Positions 37,433-47,124 of a DNA stretch of 64,000 nucleotides are shown here, one piece after another. The position numbers were made by a program, and so were the translations under genes. The notes under the pieces are model-generated. The model saw nothing but the letters and a program-made list of their open reading frames with translations, ran no database searches and had not been told where the DNA came from. Source of the stretch: an uncultured Brevinematales bacterium (GTDB lineage: Bacteria; Spirochaetota; Brevinematia; DTOW01); the NCBI GenBank assembly GCA_964475465.1, contig CAYYXA010000047.1:20466-84465 (forward strand), read 5' to 3'. Each line of letters begins with the position of its first letter. Position 1 is the first letter of the stretch.

Positions 37433-40357
37433 ATGAATCTTTATCTTTATTGTATGAATAAGTTTGTAATTTTGTTTTTTGTTTTCTTCTTCTTGTTAGT
37501 TAATTTTGTTTTCCCATTCGGGAAAAATAAGGTAAACTATTCTACTGCTAGCTGGTATGTTTATGAACTTGGGAATTATAAGCTTTTCCTTGATATATCC
37601 CAGACAAATATTTTCAAATATGTTGTTAGGGCGATAAAGGATTCAGATGAAAAGCTGAGGGCACTGACATTTAGGGATTTGAGTGAGACATTTCCTGTTA
37701 TAGTTTTTGCTAATCAGATAGAGTTTCAAGCGAATAATATTGTTGATGGGTTTATAGGTGAAGGAACAGGAGGGTTTACCGAAGGACTTAAAAATAGGTT
37801 GGTTATTCCTATGAATGGGAATTTAGGGTTTTTTAAGAGAGTTTTGAATCATGAGATGGTACATGTTTATCAATTTGATACTATCAAAGGGGCCAAGAAT
37901 AAAAGAGTTCTTGGAGATGTTTTTGTCCCTCTTTGGTTTATTGAGGGAATGGCAGAGTATTACTCCGTTGAGTGGGATTTCTATTCTGAGGAGGTCTTGA
38001 GGGATATAGTCATTAACAATAGAATTGTACCTCTTGATAGACTCTCAGATCTTAATTCTCTTAGGCCTGATGAGTATTATTTAGTGTACAAGCAGGGTCA
38101 AGCTTTCTTGAAATTCATCGGAGACACTTATGGTAAGCAGTCCGTATATAAAATTTTTAAAGGTTACCTTAACGGTGATAAGGATCCTTACAAAACGGTG
38201 TTAGGTAATAGTTTAATTGATTTAGAGAAAGCTTTTGTTTTTTCCGTTAGGAAAAAGTATTTGCCAATGCTTAGTGAGTATGATGAAGTTCTTTCTTTTG
38301 CTAACCAAATAGATAATACTAGGTTTGGTGAAACTCCCTATCAGAAGTTTATACCTACCTTTGTTTCTAGCAATACTGTTGCGTTTTTAACGTACAAGGA
38401 TATCTACCCTAAGATTGTGCTTTATGATGTAAGGGAAAAGAAAATAATCAAGGATTTGGTTATAGGTGGCTTCAATGAGAATTACCTTGAGTTTCATATA
38501 ACTAGGAACAATGTCGCTGTATCGACTAATGGTATAATGGTTTTTGTTTCGAAATCTGGTGGTAAGGATGCTATAAATGTGTATGATTTGAATAGAAATT
38601 TTTCGTATCAAGTCAAGTTTGATAGAATATTTATAATATCATCACCTGATGTATCTTTAGACGGCAAACTTGTTGCATTTAGCGGTTTTGATAATGTGAG
38701 TGAGGATATATATATCTACAACCTTGAGACAAAAGAACTAAGGAAAGTTACGGATGATATGTTTTATGATGCTGAGCCTAGGTTTTCTCCTGACAAGAGT
38801 AGTGTGTTCTTTGTTTCAACGAGAAACAAAGAAAGCATATTTTCGCAGGATACTGATATATATAGGCTTAACCTAAGTACAGGTGAGATTGATAAATTTA
38901 TAGATTTAGGCGGAGAGGAGCAGAATCCCTTTGTTTCTCAGGATGGTGAATATTTGCTATTTGTTTCCACTATTGATGGTGTCAGAAATATATTTATCTA
39001 CGACTTCGATAATGGAAAAGTGTTTAGAGTGTCGAAAGTTATGACCGGTGCTTTTTCGCCTAAGCTTGACCCATCTGGTAATACTCTGATTTTCTCATCT
39101 GAGAATAATTTATTGTACGATATATACTACAAAAACTTTTCACTGACTGATTTGGTGAGTAATGAAGTTAGTAACTACGTTTACGTTTATGAAAATTCAA
39201 AATCTAACTTTTTGGCTGAGAAATCGAGGATAGAGGGGATAGAAATAAGGGACTATTATAGTTATAGTATTATTCCAACGGTTGACTACGTAACTGGTGG
39301 GTTTAGTTTGAGTTCTGACTTGGGGTTTATGCTTTTGCTCGGTGCAAGTTTTAGTGATTTGCTTGGTGATCAGAGACTCTCAATAATACTTAACAACATG
39401 TATCTGCAAAGTTATGGGACTTTCAACCTCTCTGAGATTAATATTTTGGTTTCTTATATAAATCTCAAGTATTACTTTGATTTTGGTTTTCAGTTTTATA
39501 ACATTAGGGATTACTTTTTCTCTCTGATGAATTTCTTTGTTTATCCTTCTGTTTTCTATCAAGTTGAGCCTAGTTATTATTCGAAGGCTGGCTTCAGTGG
39601 ATTTTTGATGTATCCTTTTTCAACGTTTTCCAGGCTAGAGTTGTCTTTTGAGCATTCTGACTACTTCTGGGTACCAATTTATGATTACTATAATAACGTT
39701 TTTCACGACAATTTCATGTACTCAATGAATACTTTATCTCTTAGCTATGTTTACGATGCTACGCTTTGGAGTGTTGTTGGTCCGGTAGATGGTATTAGGT
39801 CACAGGCAGTATTTTCATACTCTCCAAAGTTTGTTCCTAGTGATAAGAGTTTCTTTTCGACTGTATTTGATTTTAGAAAATACTTTATGATAACCGTCAT
39901 TGATACTCTTGCTTTCAGGTTTGTTGGGGGGTATAAGTTTGGGCTTGATGCTGATTCTTTTCCATTTTACGTTGGCGGTGTAGGGACTCTGAGGGGATAT
40001 GATTTTAAGGAGTTTAGTGGTAAGTTGTTATTTCTTTCCAACTTAGAACTAAGGATAGCACTTATAAGAGCACTGTTGGGGCCATTTGGTTTCTCTTTCC
40101 CACCAGTTTTTGGTTCTCTTTTTGTAGATGCTTCCTTGATAGGTGACGATATAATGAAGTTTCAACTTACTAGTTTTGATTCGAATGAAGGAGTTTATAA
40201 GCTAAAAGATCTTAAGGTTGGTGTGGGGGTTGGGATTGGCATTGCTCTGGGAGTTGGGTTTAAGCTGAGGTTTGACTTTGCTTCTCCATTTGATGGTAGA
40301 AGGCTTCTCGATGCTAAGGATTGGAAAACGTACTTTCAGCTAGGGTACGAGTTCTAG
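37433..40357 (+). CDS. Large secreted or outer-membrane protein. It has an N-terminal HExxH (zincin-like) domain, PD40/TolB-like beta-propeller repeats and a C-terminal beta-barrel ending in Phe.
   Basis: A signal peptide is present. HEMVH lies within LNHEMVHVYQFD. There are repeated TolB-like blades (LDGKLVAFSG, PRFSPDKSSVFFVS, PFVSQDGEYLLFVS, FSPKLDPSGNTLIF). The C-terminus is aromatic-rich and reads ..WKTYFQLGYEF. The true start may instead be MNKF at 37454. Confidence 0.55.
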   Translation: MNLYLYCMNKFVILFFVFFFLLVNFVFPFGKNKVNYSTASWYVYELGNYKLFLDISQTNIFKYVVRAIKDSDEKLRALTFRDLSETFPVIVFANQIEFQANNIVDGFIGEGTGGFTEGLKNRLVIPMNGNLGFFKRVLNHEMVHVYQFDTIKGAKNKRVLGDVFVPLWFIEGMAEYYSVEWDFYSEEVLRDIVINNRIVPLDRLSDLNSLRPDEYYLVYKQGQAFLKFIGDTYGKQSVYKIFKGYLNGDKDPYKTVLGNSLIDLEKAFVFSVRKKYLPMLSEYDEVLSFANQIDNTRFGETPYQKFIPTFVSSNTVAFLTYKDIYPKIVLYDVREKKIIKDLVIGGFNENYLEFHITRNNVAVSTNGIMVFVSKSGGKDAINVYDLNRNFSYQVKFDRIFIISSPDVSLDGKLVAFSGFDNVSEDIYIYNLETKELRKVTDDMFYDAEPRFSPDKSSVFFVSTRNKESIFSQDTDIYRLNLSTGEIDKFIDLGGEEQNPFVSQDGEYLLFVSTIDGVRNIFIYDFDNGKVFRVSKVMTGAFSPKLDPSGNTLIFSSENNLLYDIYYKNFSLTDLVSNEVSNYVYVYENSKSNFLAEKSRIEGIEIRDYYSYSIIPTVDYVTGGFSLSSDLGFMLLLGASFSDLLGDQRLSIILNNMYLQSYGTFNLSEINILVSYINLKYYFDFGFQFYNIRDYFFSLMNFFVYPSVFYQVEPSYYSKAGFSGFLMYPFSTFSRLELSFEHSDYFWVPIYDYYNNVFHDNFMYSMNTLSLSYVYDATLWSVVGPVDGIRSQAVFSYSPKFVPSDKSFFSTVFDFRKYFMITVIDTLAFRFVGGYKFGLDADSFPFYVGGVGTLRGYDFKEFSGKLLFLSNLELRIALIRALLGPFGFSFPPVFGSLFVDASLIGDDIMKFQLTSFDSNEGVYKLKDLKVGVGVGIGIALGVGFKLRFDFASPFDGRRLLDAKDWKTYFQLGYEF

Positions 40358-41263
40358 CGAAAGCTTCTTCATCAGTTCTTCAAATTCCTTTGGTAAGTCT
40401 ATTTCAAAGAACATTATCTCATCCCGTGAGGGATGAGGAAAAGAAATCTTCTTTGCTACTAGCGGTATAAACGATTCAGGTAAATTGAATTCTTTTATTT
40501 GTTTGCTTGCTTGTGGGTTGTATGTTGCGTCTCCTACGATTGGGTGTCCTACGCTTTTCAAGTGTACTCTTATCTGGTGTGTTCTGCCCGTTATTGGTCT
40601 TGCTTTTACTAAGGAGTATTTGCCGTTGGTTGCCAGAAGCTCAAATTCTGTTATTGCTTGCTTGCCATCAGGAACTATTGCCATCTTTAACCTGTTTTTT
40701 GGGTTCCTACCAATTGGTTTGTCTACTGTGAAGCTTTTTAACTCTACTTTCCCATTCACTATTGCCCAGTACTCTTTGTACACTTTCCTTGACTTGAATA
40801 GAGAAGATAGTATTGCGTGTGCTTTGTCATGTAGAGCTATTACCATTAGTCCTGATGTCTCTTTGTCAAGTCTGTGTACTATTCCAGGCCTTGTATAGCC
40901 ACCTACGAAAGAGAGTTTGTCTTTGAGATTGTAGAGTAAAGCATTTACTAGTGTGCCGTTCCAATGTCCCGGAGCGGGGTGTACAACCATGTTGTATGGT
41001 TTTTCTATCACTGCTATGTCATCGTCTTTGTATAAAACCTTTAGTTCTATGGGTTCTGGAGCAATATCACATACTTCTGGAACTATGTCCTCGAATTCTA
41101 TTATGTCTCCTTCTTTTGCTTTGTAACCGAAATGCTTGGGTTTGCCGTTTACAAATACCTCTTTTACCTTACCTTTTATTTGGCTTCTTGTGTAGTTTGT
41201 GTACCTTGAGATTATGACATCTATTCTGTGGCCAGCGTCGTTACTTGTTACTACTATCCTCAT
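40340..41263 (-). CDS. rluD: RluA-family 23S rRNA pseudouridine synthase (RluD-like).
   Basis: It has an S4 domain plus the catalytic motif (HRLDKETSGLMV). Confidence 0.85.
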   Translation of the reverse strand: MRIVVTSNDAGHRIDVIISRYTNYTRSQIKGKVKEVFVNGKPKHFGYKAKEGDIIEFEDIVPEVCDIAPEPIELKVLYKDDDIAVIEKPYNMVVHPAPGHWNGTLVNALLYNLKDKLSFVGGYTRPGIVHRLDKETSGLMVIALHDKAHAILSSLFKSRKVYKEYWAIVNGKVELKSFTVDKPIGRNPKNRLKMAIVPDGKQAITEFELLATNGKYSLVKARPITGRTHQIRVHLKSVGHPIVGDATYNPQASKQIKEFNLPESFIPLVAKKISFPHPSRDEIMFFEIDLPKEFEELMKKLSLELVP

Positions 41264-41876
41264 AAGACGACAGCACTGTTATCACCTCTTCTGCTAATAG
41301 GTTGGGTAAAATTTTACCACATACCTCTTTGTTAAATACTTTTGATATGAAAAAGGTTTGCTTTATTCTTATTCCCTTTGCCTTACATAGGTTTACAAAA
41401 TCTTTGTAAGTGAATAGATGGATGTTTGGGGTATCAAACCATGAGTACGGTAATTCCGAACTTACTGGCATTGTGCCTTTAAGTAGCAACTGTAATCTTA
41501 GTTTGTAATATCCAAAGTTAGGAAAGCTGATTATTGCGTTTTTGGATATTCTGAGTATTTCTTCAAGTAGGAGTCCGGGAGATTTTAGCTGCTGAATGGT
41601 TTTGCTTACTATCACATAGTCAAATGCTTTATCTTCTATCTCTAGGAAGTTTCTGTCTTTGAAGCCCTTGTTTATGTCATAATGTATCACGTTTAATCCT
41701 TTTGATAAGCATTCTATTACTTCGGAAGTGTCAATCTCTACTCCTACACCTTTTATGTTTTTCTTTCTTTTGAGATATACAAGTAACTCACCATCACCAC
41801 AACCTAGATCTAGAACTCTGCTGCCTTCTTCTATTATTTCTTCTATTATTTCGAAATCTTTCCTAACCTTTTTCAT
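41241..41876 (-). CDS. metW: Methionine biosynthesis protein MetW.
   Basis: It has a MetW-like N-terminus (FEIIEEIIEEGSRVLDLGCGDGELL). It lies immediately downstream of metX. Confidence 0.75.
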   Translation of the reverse strand: MKKVRKDFEIIEEIIEEGSRVLDLGCGDGELLVYLKRKKNIKGVGVEIDTSEVIECLSKGLNVIHYDINKGFKDRNFLEIEDKAFDYVIVSKTIQQLKSPGLLLEEILRISKNAIISFPNFGYYKLRLQLLLKGTMPVSSELPYSWFDTPNIHLFTYKDFVNLCKAKGIRIKQTFFISKVFNKEVCGKILPNLLAEEVITVLSSYEDSSNK

Positions 41877-43101
41877 AGACTTTCTCTTTTTTGTTCTGTT
41901 TTTCTTGAAGTGTGGCCTCAAGGAATGCTCTTATAGCCTTGCTTTCTATTTCTGTGTCTATGAGGAATGAGTCGTGTCCATTTATGCTTTCTATGTTTAT
42001 GTATGATACATCTCTACCAGCAGCTAGTGCTGCTGATACCATTTCTAATGATTCCGAAGGGGGGAATAACCAGTCAGTTGAGAATGAGATAAAGAGAAAT
42101 TTACTGTTAGTTTTGCGGAATACTTCTTTTAAGTCCCCGTTTCCGTATTTTTCAGTTAGGTCGAAGTAGTCCATCGCTTTTGTTATGTATAAATATGAGT
42201 TTGCGTCAAATCTGTTCACGAATTTTTCACCTTGATAGCCTAGGTAACTTTCCACTTCAAACTCTATGTTGTCAACATCGTATGTTTTGCCGTTTATGAG
42301 CTTCCTACCGAATTTCATGTCCATGGATTTCGAACTTAGATAGGTGATATGTCCTATCATTCTGGCAATACTCAGGCCTTTTGAAGGAGTCTTGCCTTTT
42401 TCTAGGTATTCTCCGTTTTCCCAATTAGGATCGGAAATTATAGCGTTTCTACCCACTGCATCGAATGCTATGTTTTGAGCCGAACAACTTGCCGTTGCTG
42501 CTATCACAACAGCACTTTCGACTACTTCTGGATACATTACTGACCATTCGAGTGCTTGCATGCCGCCCATCGAGCCACCTACAACCGCTAGAAGCTTTTC
42601 TATACCTAGCTGCCTTATTAGCTCTCTTTGGACTTTCACCATGTCCGATATAGTTATCGTTGGAAACGTTATTCCGTACCTCCTGCCCGTTTTGGGATTT
42701 ATTGACGTTGGGCCAGTAGTACCATAACAGCTTCCTAAGAAGTTTGAACATATTACGAAAAACTTGTTTGTATCTATACCTTTGCCAGGACCTATTACAT
42801 CTTCCCACCACCCTTCTGTAGATCCATCAAATGTTTCTTCATCCACCATTTTATGGTAACCTGCAGCATGCGCTGAACCTGATAAAGCATGACAAACGAG
42901 TACAACATTGCTTTTATCATCATTCAGTGTGCCATAAGTTTCATAAGCTACATCTATAGGTCCTGGTAAAATCTCCCCAGACTCTAATTCTAGCCCTTCT
43001 GGAAATATCTGTATGATGTTAGTCTTTACAAGCCCTACTGTTTCACCTTTTAACTCTTCAACTATGTTCCCAGTTCTCTTCTTTCTTAAAACCTTATACA
43101 T
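41863..43101 (-). CDS. metX: Homoserine O-acetyltransferase.
   Basis: The alpha/beta hydrolase nucleophile elbow is present (GGSMGGMQA), with a MetX N-terminal region (ELESGEILPGPIDVAYETYGTLN). The start is placed at MYKVL; the upstream RBS is weak. Confidence 0.8.
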   Translation of the reverse strand: MYKVLRKKRTGNIVEELKGETVGLVKTNIIQIFPEGLELESGEILPGPIDVAYETYGTLNDDKSNVVLVCHALSGSAHAAGYHKMVDEETFDGSTEGWWEDVIGPGKGIDTNKFFVICSNFLGSCYGTTGPTSINPKTGRRYGITFPTITISDMVKVQRELIRQLGIEKLLAVVGGSMGGMQALEWSVMYPEVVESAVVIAATASCSAQNIAFDAVGRNAIISDPNWENGEYLEKGKTPSKGLSIARMIGHITYLSSKSMDMKFGRKLINGKTYDVDNIEFEVESYLGYQGEKFVNRFDANSYLYITKAMDYFDLTEKYGNGDLKEVFRKTNSKFLFISFSTDWLFPPSESLEMVSAALAAGRDVSYINIESINGHDSFLIDTEIESKAIRAFLEATLQEKQNKKEKVYEKG

Positions 43102-43204
43102 TTCTGTGTAAGATCTTTTATAAATTTTATATAAATAAAGAAAAATTTTCAAATTTTCAAAATTTGAAAACTGTCTGTTGATCTTACAAGTATTTCACAA
43201 CTTC

Positions 43205-43258
43205 CCAACTCGTTGAGTTTCCAACTCGTTGAGTTTTCAACTCGTTGAGTTTCCAACT
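43205..43258. repeat. Tandem direct repeat of a 16-bp unit (CCAACTCGTTGAGTTT), about 3.4 copies. Each unit contains the hairpin AACTC-gtt-GAGTT.
   Basis: Read directly. It lies in the 530-bp divergent region between metX (minus strand) and the FNR-like gene (plus strand). Confidence 0.6.
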
Positions 43259-43683
43259 TTACGACTTCTAATTCTCAAAGAATTTTTATTGAAACATTGC
43301 TGGAATTCAAATTTTTAAACGGTGGTTATGTGGTCATTAATGTTTAATATGGTGAGTTTGTTGTATGAAGAAGTTTTGATCTTTGATAGTGCGTCTCAAG
43401 TTTATTGAAACTTCAAGTTGTTTATTGATCGTGTTCAAAGATGTTCTAATAGATGAGAACTATTTTCTCATATATAAGTTTTGAATTCTACATTTTTGAT
43501 AATTTTTCTTGTGGATGTGGGGAGGCATAGTTTCGAAAATGAGTTACTCCTGGGATAAGGATATAATTGCCTTTTTTTGGTAAGAATTCTGTTTTTGTTA
43601 TTTAGGGATTCCAGTGAGGTTCTTTAACCGATGTAATTGTTGACAAAAAATATACTTTTTTAGTAAACTTTTGGAGTAGTTTT

Positions 43684-44433
43684 TTGGAGGTTTGCATGGG
43701 GCAAGTGAAGAAACTTATACAAGGTGAGTTTGAGGTTAGGAAGATAGAAGATAATGGCAAGGGGGTCAAGAATTTTCTTTTTGAGATGAGGGATATTGAG
43801 TATATGCCTGGGCAATTTCTGATGTTGGCTTTTCCTGAGGAAGCGGCTGATAAGAAAAAGAGAAGAGCATATTCTATTTCTACTTCTCCGACAGAAACTG
43901 CTAAGACTGGTTTGGTTGGAGTTACCATAAAGCTTGTTGAGGGTGGATACTTCACTACTAGGTTGTTTGATGAAAGTTTCGTTGAAGGGAATAAACTTTT
44001 TGTGGAGGGACCTTTCGGTCATTCTATTTTCAAAACGAATAGCATTAAATCGGTTGTGTTTTTTGCAGCGGGTAGTGGTATAGCACCTGTTAGATCCGGC
44101 ATGAAGTATATATTCGATGCTATGCCTGATACCAGGGTTACACTGTTTTTCAGTATTAGGACTCCTGAGGAGTTTATATTTGAGGATGATATAAACGAGA
44201 TGTTGAAAAATCCAAATTTCAGAGGTTTTATTACTGTTACTAGGTATGAAGGTGATGATTGGAAAGGGTTAAAGGGTAGAATTGACAGAAATATAATTTT
44301 GGATAATGTTAAGGGTGATGAAGATCTCTTTTATATTTGCGGTAATACTTCCTTTGTTAAGAGTATAAAGGAGATTTTGGAGGGGGATTTAAAAGTTGAC
44401 AAATCGAAGATTATATCAGAGGCTTGGGGGTAA
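43684..44433 (+). CDS. FAD/NAD(P)-binding oxidoreductase of the ferredoxin-NADP+ reductase-like family. It lacks a C-terminal Fe-S cysteine cluster.
   Basis: The RxYS FAD motif (RAYSIS) and a GxGxxP NAD-binding motif (AAGSGIAPV) are present. The RBS is GGAGG. Confidence 0.65.
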   Translation: MEVCMGQVKKLIQGEFEVRKIEDNGKGVKNFLFEMRDIEYMPGQFLMLAFPEEAADKKKRRAYSISTSPTETAKTGLVGVTIKLVEGGYFTTRLFDESFVEGNKLFVEGPFGHSIFKTNSIKSVVFFAAGSGIAPVRSGMKYIFDAMPDTRVTLFFSIRTPEEFIFEDDINEMLKNPNFRGFITVTRYEGDDWKGLKGRIDRNIILDNVKGDEDLFYICGNTSFVKSIKEILEGDLKVDKSKIISEAWG

Positions 44434-44640
44434 GAAGCTTTATAAAGGAGATTTTTGTCTAATTCTGTTGAAGCACTGAAGTGTGGGATGTTCAATGCTT
44501 GCTTAATTATTGTATTACTTTAGGTAATTTAATAGCTATACCTAGGATATGAATAAATTTGAGCACATAAGCATTTTTTGATGCAATATTTTGATTTTGT
44601 ATTGATTGGGTATCCATAATAATTTGATATTCAATAGGAG

Positions 44641-46308
44641 GTGTTTATGATTTGGGTTTTTGGTTTTTCGCTTTTGTTTTTTGCTTTTGGGTATTTTGTT
44701 TATTCTAGATACTTAGCGAGAGTTGTGGGTGAGAATCCTAATATTGCTACTCCTGCCCATACTAAGAAGGATGGAGTTGATTTTGTCCCGACTAATAGAT
44801 TTATTCTTTTTGGGCATCATTTTGCTTCTATAGCTGGAGCAGGGCCTATAATTGGGCCAACGATAGCGGCTAGTATGTATGGTTGGGGACCCGTTTGGTT
44901 TTGGATTTTGGTAGGTGGGGTGTTTTTCGGAGCTGTACATGATTATCTTTCTCTTATGATCTCTGTTAAGAACGATGGAAAATCAATATTTAACATATCA
45001 AGTGATGTTTTTGGTAAGTTTGCAGGGTTTTTTATGTCTTTGTTTGTTCTTGTTGCTTTGATAATAGTCGTTGCTGTGTTTGCAGCTTTTACTGCTGTTT
45101 CTTTCGTTAGTGAGCCCAGAATAGTTATTCCTACTCTTACATTATTAGTTGTGGCGGTTCTTTTTTACTTCATGGCTTATAGATTAAAATTTGGTTTGGT
45201 TGGCTCTACAATTGTTTCGTTGATTTTAGTTGGTTTATCAATATACTTTTCGTTTGCCTTCAATTTAGCTATCGTTTTACCGTTTCCGAGTGATGTGTCA
45301 GTAATGATTTGGATTATAATTCTTCTTGCTTATTCATTCCTTGCTTCCATTCTCCCAGTTAATTTGATTTTACAGCCTAGAGATTATATAAATTCTTATG
45401 TTCTAGTTATAGGATTGCTCGTTGGTATACTCGGAATATTATTTTCTTCTTTCTTGCCAAACATTGCTGTTAATATTCCGTTCTTTGGAATAAGTGATGT
45501 TGCTAAGGATCCTAAAACTGGTTTGGTTGACCCTCTCTGGCCTATACTTTTCATAACTGTGGCGTGTGGTGCTGTATCTGGTTTCCATTCACTTGTTGCT
45601 TCGGGTACTTCTTCTAAGCAGCTCAATAACGAGAGGGACGGTAGATTAGTAGGTTATGGCTCTATGCTTACCGAGAGTCTTTTGGCTCTCACTGTATTGA
45701 TAGGAATAATGTACTTCATTGGGTATGATAAATTGGTTTCCCTTGTGAAGGAAGGGAAAGCAATTATAGCATTTGGCACTTCTTTCGGTAATATGACCAA
45801 TACTATAATTGGAAGTTGGGGATTTGCATTTGCTATATTCATGATAAATGGCTTTATGTTGACTACTCTTGATACTGCCACTAGAATATCAAGGTTTATT
45901 ACCGAAGAGATATACAAGTCATTGACTAACTCAAACTTGAATAAGTACATTTCTGCGTTTTTTATAATTTTGGCTGCTGGTTACTTGTCTTTGAGTGGTA
46001 GCTATAAAGCTTTGTGGCAGTTGTTCGGTACAGCTAATCAGCTGATGGCAGCTTTCGCCTTGATTGTAATATCCGTATATTTACTGTACAGGGGTAAAGA
46101 TTATTTTGTAGCATTTGTTCCGGCTATTTTTATGGTATTGACTACATTTGGTTCTTTGTTGTTCTACTTCTACAAGTATGCTTTTGTTTCGTTCAATATA
46201 ACCTATCTGATAATAGATATTGTTCTTCTCTTAATTGCTTTGATTTCTTATGTTGCGATCTTTATAAGCCTTTTGAGGAGGAGTAAAGTTGCTACTGAAA
46301 GTTTGTGA
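44641..46308 (+). CDS. cstA: CstA-family carbon starvation protein (peptide or pyruvate transporter).
   Basis: It is CstA-like at the N-terminus (FVPTNRFILFGHHFASIAGAGPIIGP) and has multiple TM helices. Confidence 0.85.
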   Translation: MFMIWVFGFSLLFFAFGYFVYSRYLARVVGENPNIATPAHTKKDGVDFVPTNRFILFGHHFASIAGAGPIIGPTIAASMYGWGPVWFWILVGGVFFGAVHDYLSLMISVKNDGKSIFNISSDVFGKFAGFFMSLFVLVALIIVVAVFAAFTAVSFVSEPRIVIPTLTLLVVAVLFYFMAYRLKFGLVGSTIVSLILVGLSIYFSFAFNLAIVLPFPSDVSVMIWIIILLAYSFLASILPVNLILQPRDYINSYVLVIGLLVGILGILFSSFLPNIAVNIPFFGISDVAKDPKTGLVDPLWPILFITVACGAVSGFHSLVASGTSSKQLNNERDGRLVGYGSMLTESLLALTVLIGIMYFIGYDKLVSLVKEGKAIIAFGTSFGNMTNTIIGSWGFAFAIFMINGFMLTTLDTATRISRFITEEIYKSLTNSNLNKYISAFFIILAAGYLSLSGSYKALWQLFGTANQLMAAFALIVISVYLLYRGKDYFVAFVPAIFMVLTTFGSLLFYFYKYAFVSFNITYLIIDIVLLLIALISYVAIFISLLRRSKVATESL

Positions 46309-46320
46309 TTTTTACTTTAT

Positions 46321-46340
46321 CAGAGAGGCGTGCCTCTCTG
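46321..46340. repeat. GC-rich hairpin element CAGAGAGG-cgtg-CCTCTCTG. It is copy 2 of the dispersed family.
   Basis: It lies 13 nt after the cstA stop. No U-run follows. Confidence 0.5.
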
Positions 46341-46401
46341 TATGATTAGAATAATCCAAGTTAGCTAAAAATTAGCTAAAAAGAACCGATAGATTAAGAA
46401 G

Positions 46402-47124
46402 ATGGTAGAGCCAATACAATCAGTGCAAATGAGGATAAGGGAAATATACGGAAGGATTGGTGAGATAAACAAAAAGGTAGCCAATATCTATGCTACATTG
46501 AATGTTAATTCTGCTCAGAGAATCTATAATACAAGCTTACAACAAAAAGAGGTAGCTTCTCAGAAAGAAGCGAAGACATTCCAGGAGATCCTAAATGAAG
46601 CTATGCAAAGCCAGAAAGAGGAGAGACGAAACAATATAGATATTATTTCAAGGCCGAACGAGAGCTTAAGAGATGTAATTCTTGAAGGTACTCAAAACAG
46701 GACTGTGCAAGGTAACAGCGAGATAAGCCAAAAGTTTGATGAAATAATAGAAGAAGCCTCCCAAAGATACAATATACCGAAGGAACTAATAAAGGCGGTC
46801 ATAAAGGCAGAATCGAATTTTAATCCTTTTGCTATATCTCCTAAGAATGCCATTGGGTTAATGCAACTGCTTCCATCGACAGCAAAGGAGATGGGGGTAG
46901 AGGATATATTCGATCCATATCAGAACATAATGGGAGGGACTAAGTACCTGAGAACGTTGTTAGATAAGTATAACAATAATTTATTTTTAGCACTGGCTTC
47001 CTATAACGCAGGTCCGGGACGGGTTGATTCATCTGGTGGAATACCAAGAATAGAAGAAACCAAAGATTATATTGAAAGAGTTATAAGGTACTACAAAGAA
47101 TATTCTGAAAGGATAACAAGATGA
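46402..47124 (+). CDS. Lytic transglycosylase (SLT domain) protein with an N-terminal coiled or charged region and no obvious signal peptide.
   Basis: SLT motifs are present (AVIKAESNFNP..IGLMQL, ASYNAGPGRV). Confidence 0.6.
   Translation: MVEPIQSVQMRIREIYGRIGEINKKVANIYATLNVNSAQRIYNTSLQQKEVASQKEAKTFQEILNEAMQSQKEERRNNIDIISRPNESLRDVILEGTQNRTVQGNSEISQKFDEIIEEASQRYNIPKELIKAVIKAESNFNPFAISPKNAIGLMQLLPSTAKEMGVEDIFDPYQNIMGGTKYLRTLLDKYNNNLFLALASYNAGPGRVDSSGGIPRIEETKDYIERVIRYYKEYSERITR

Noticed and set aside
42449-42811. A 120-aa minus-strand ORF rich in Arg/Cys/Ser.
   Set aside because: It is out of frame inside metX. The composition is typical of an alternative frame of an AT-rich gene.
43205-43258. 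CRISPR-like array.
   Set aside because: The units are contiguous 16-mers with no spacers. The array is only about 54 bp long and no cas genes are present, so this is a tandem repeat and not CRISPR.
43102-43683. Possible SAM-I (S-box) riboswitch or T-box leader for metX.
   Set aside because: No match to the conserved S-box core (GGTGGAGGGA...GCAACC) or the T-box sequence was seen on either strand. The region is AT-rich with only short hairpins.
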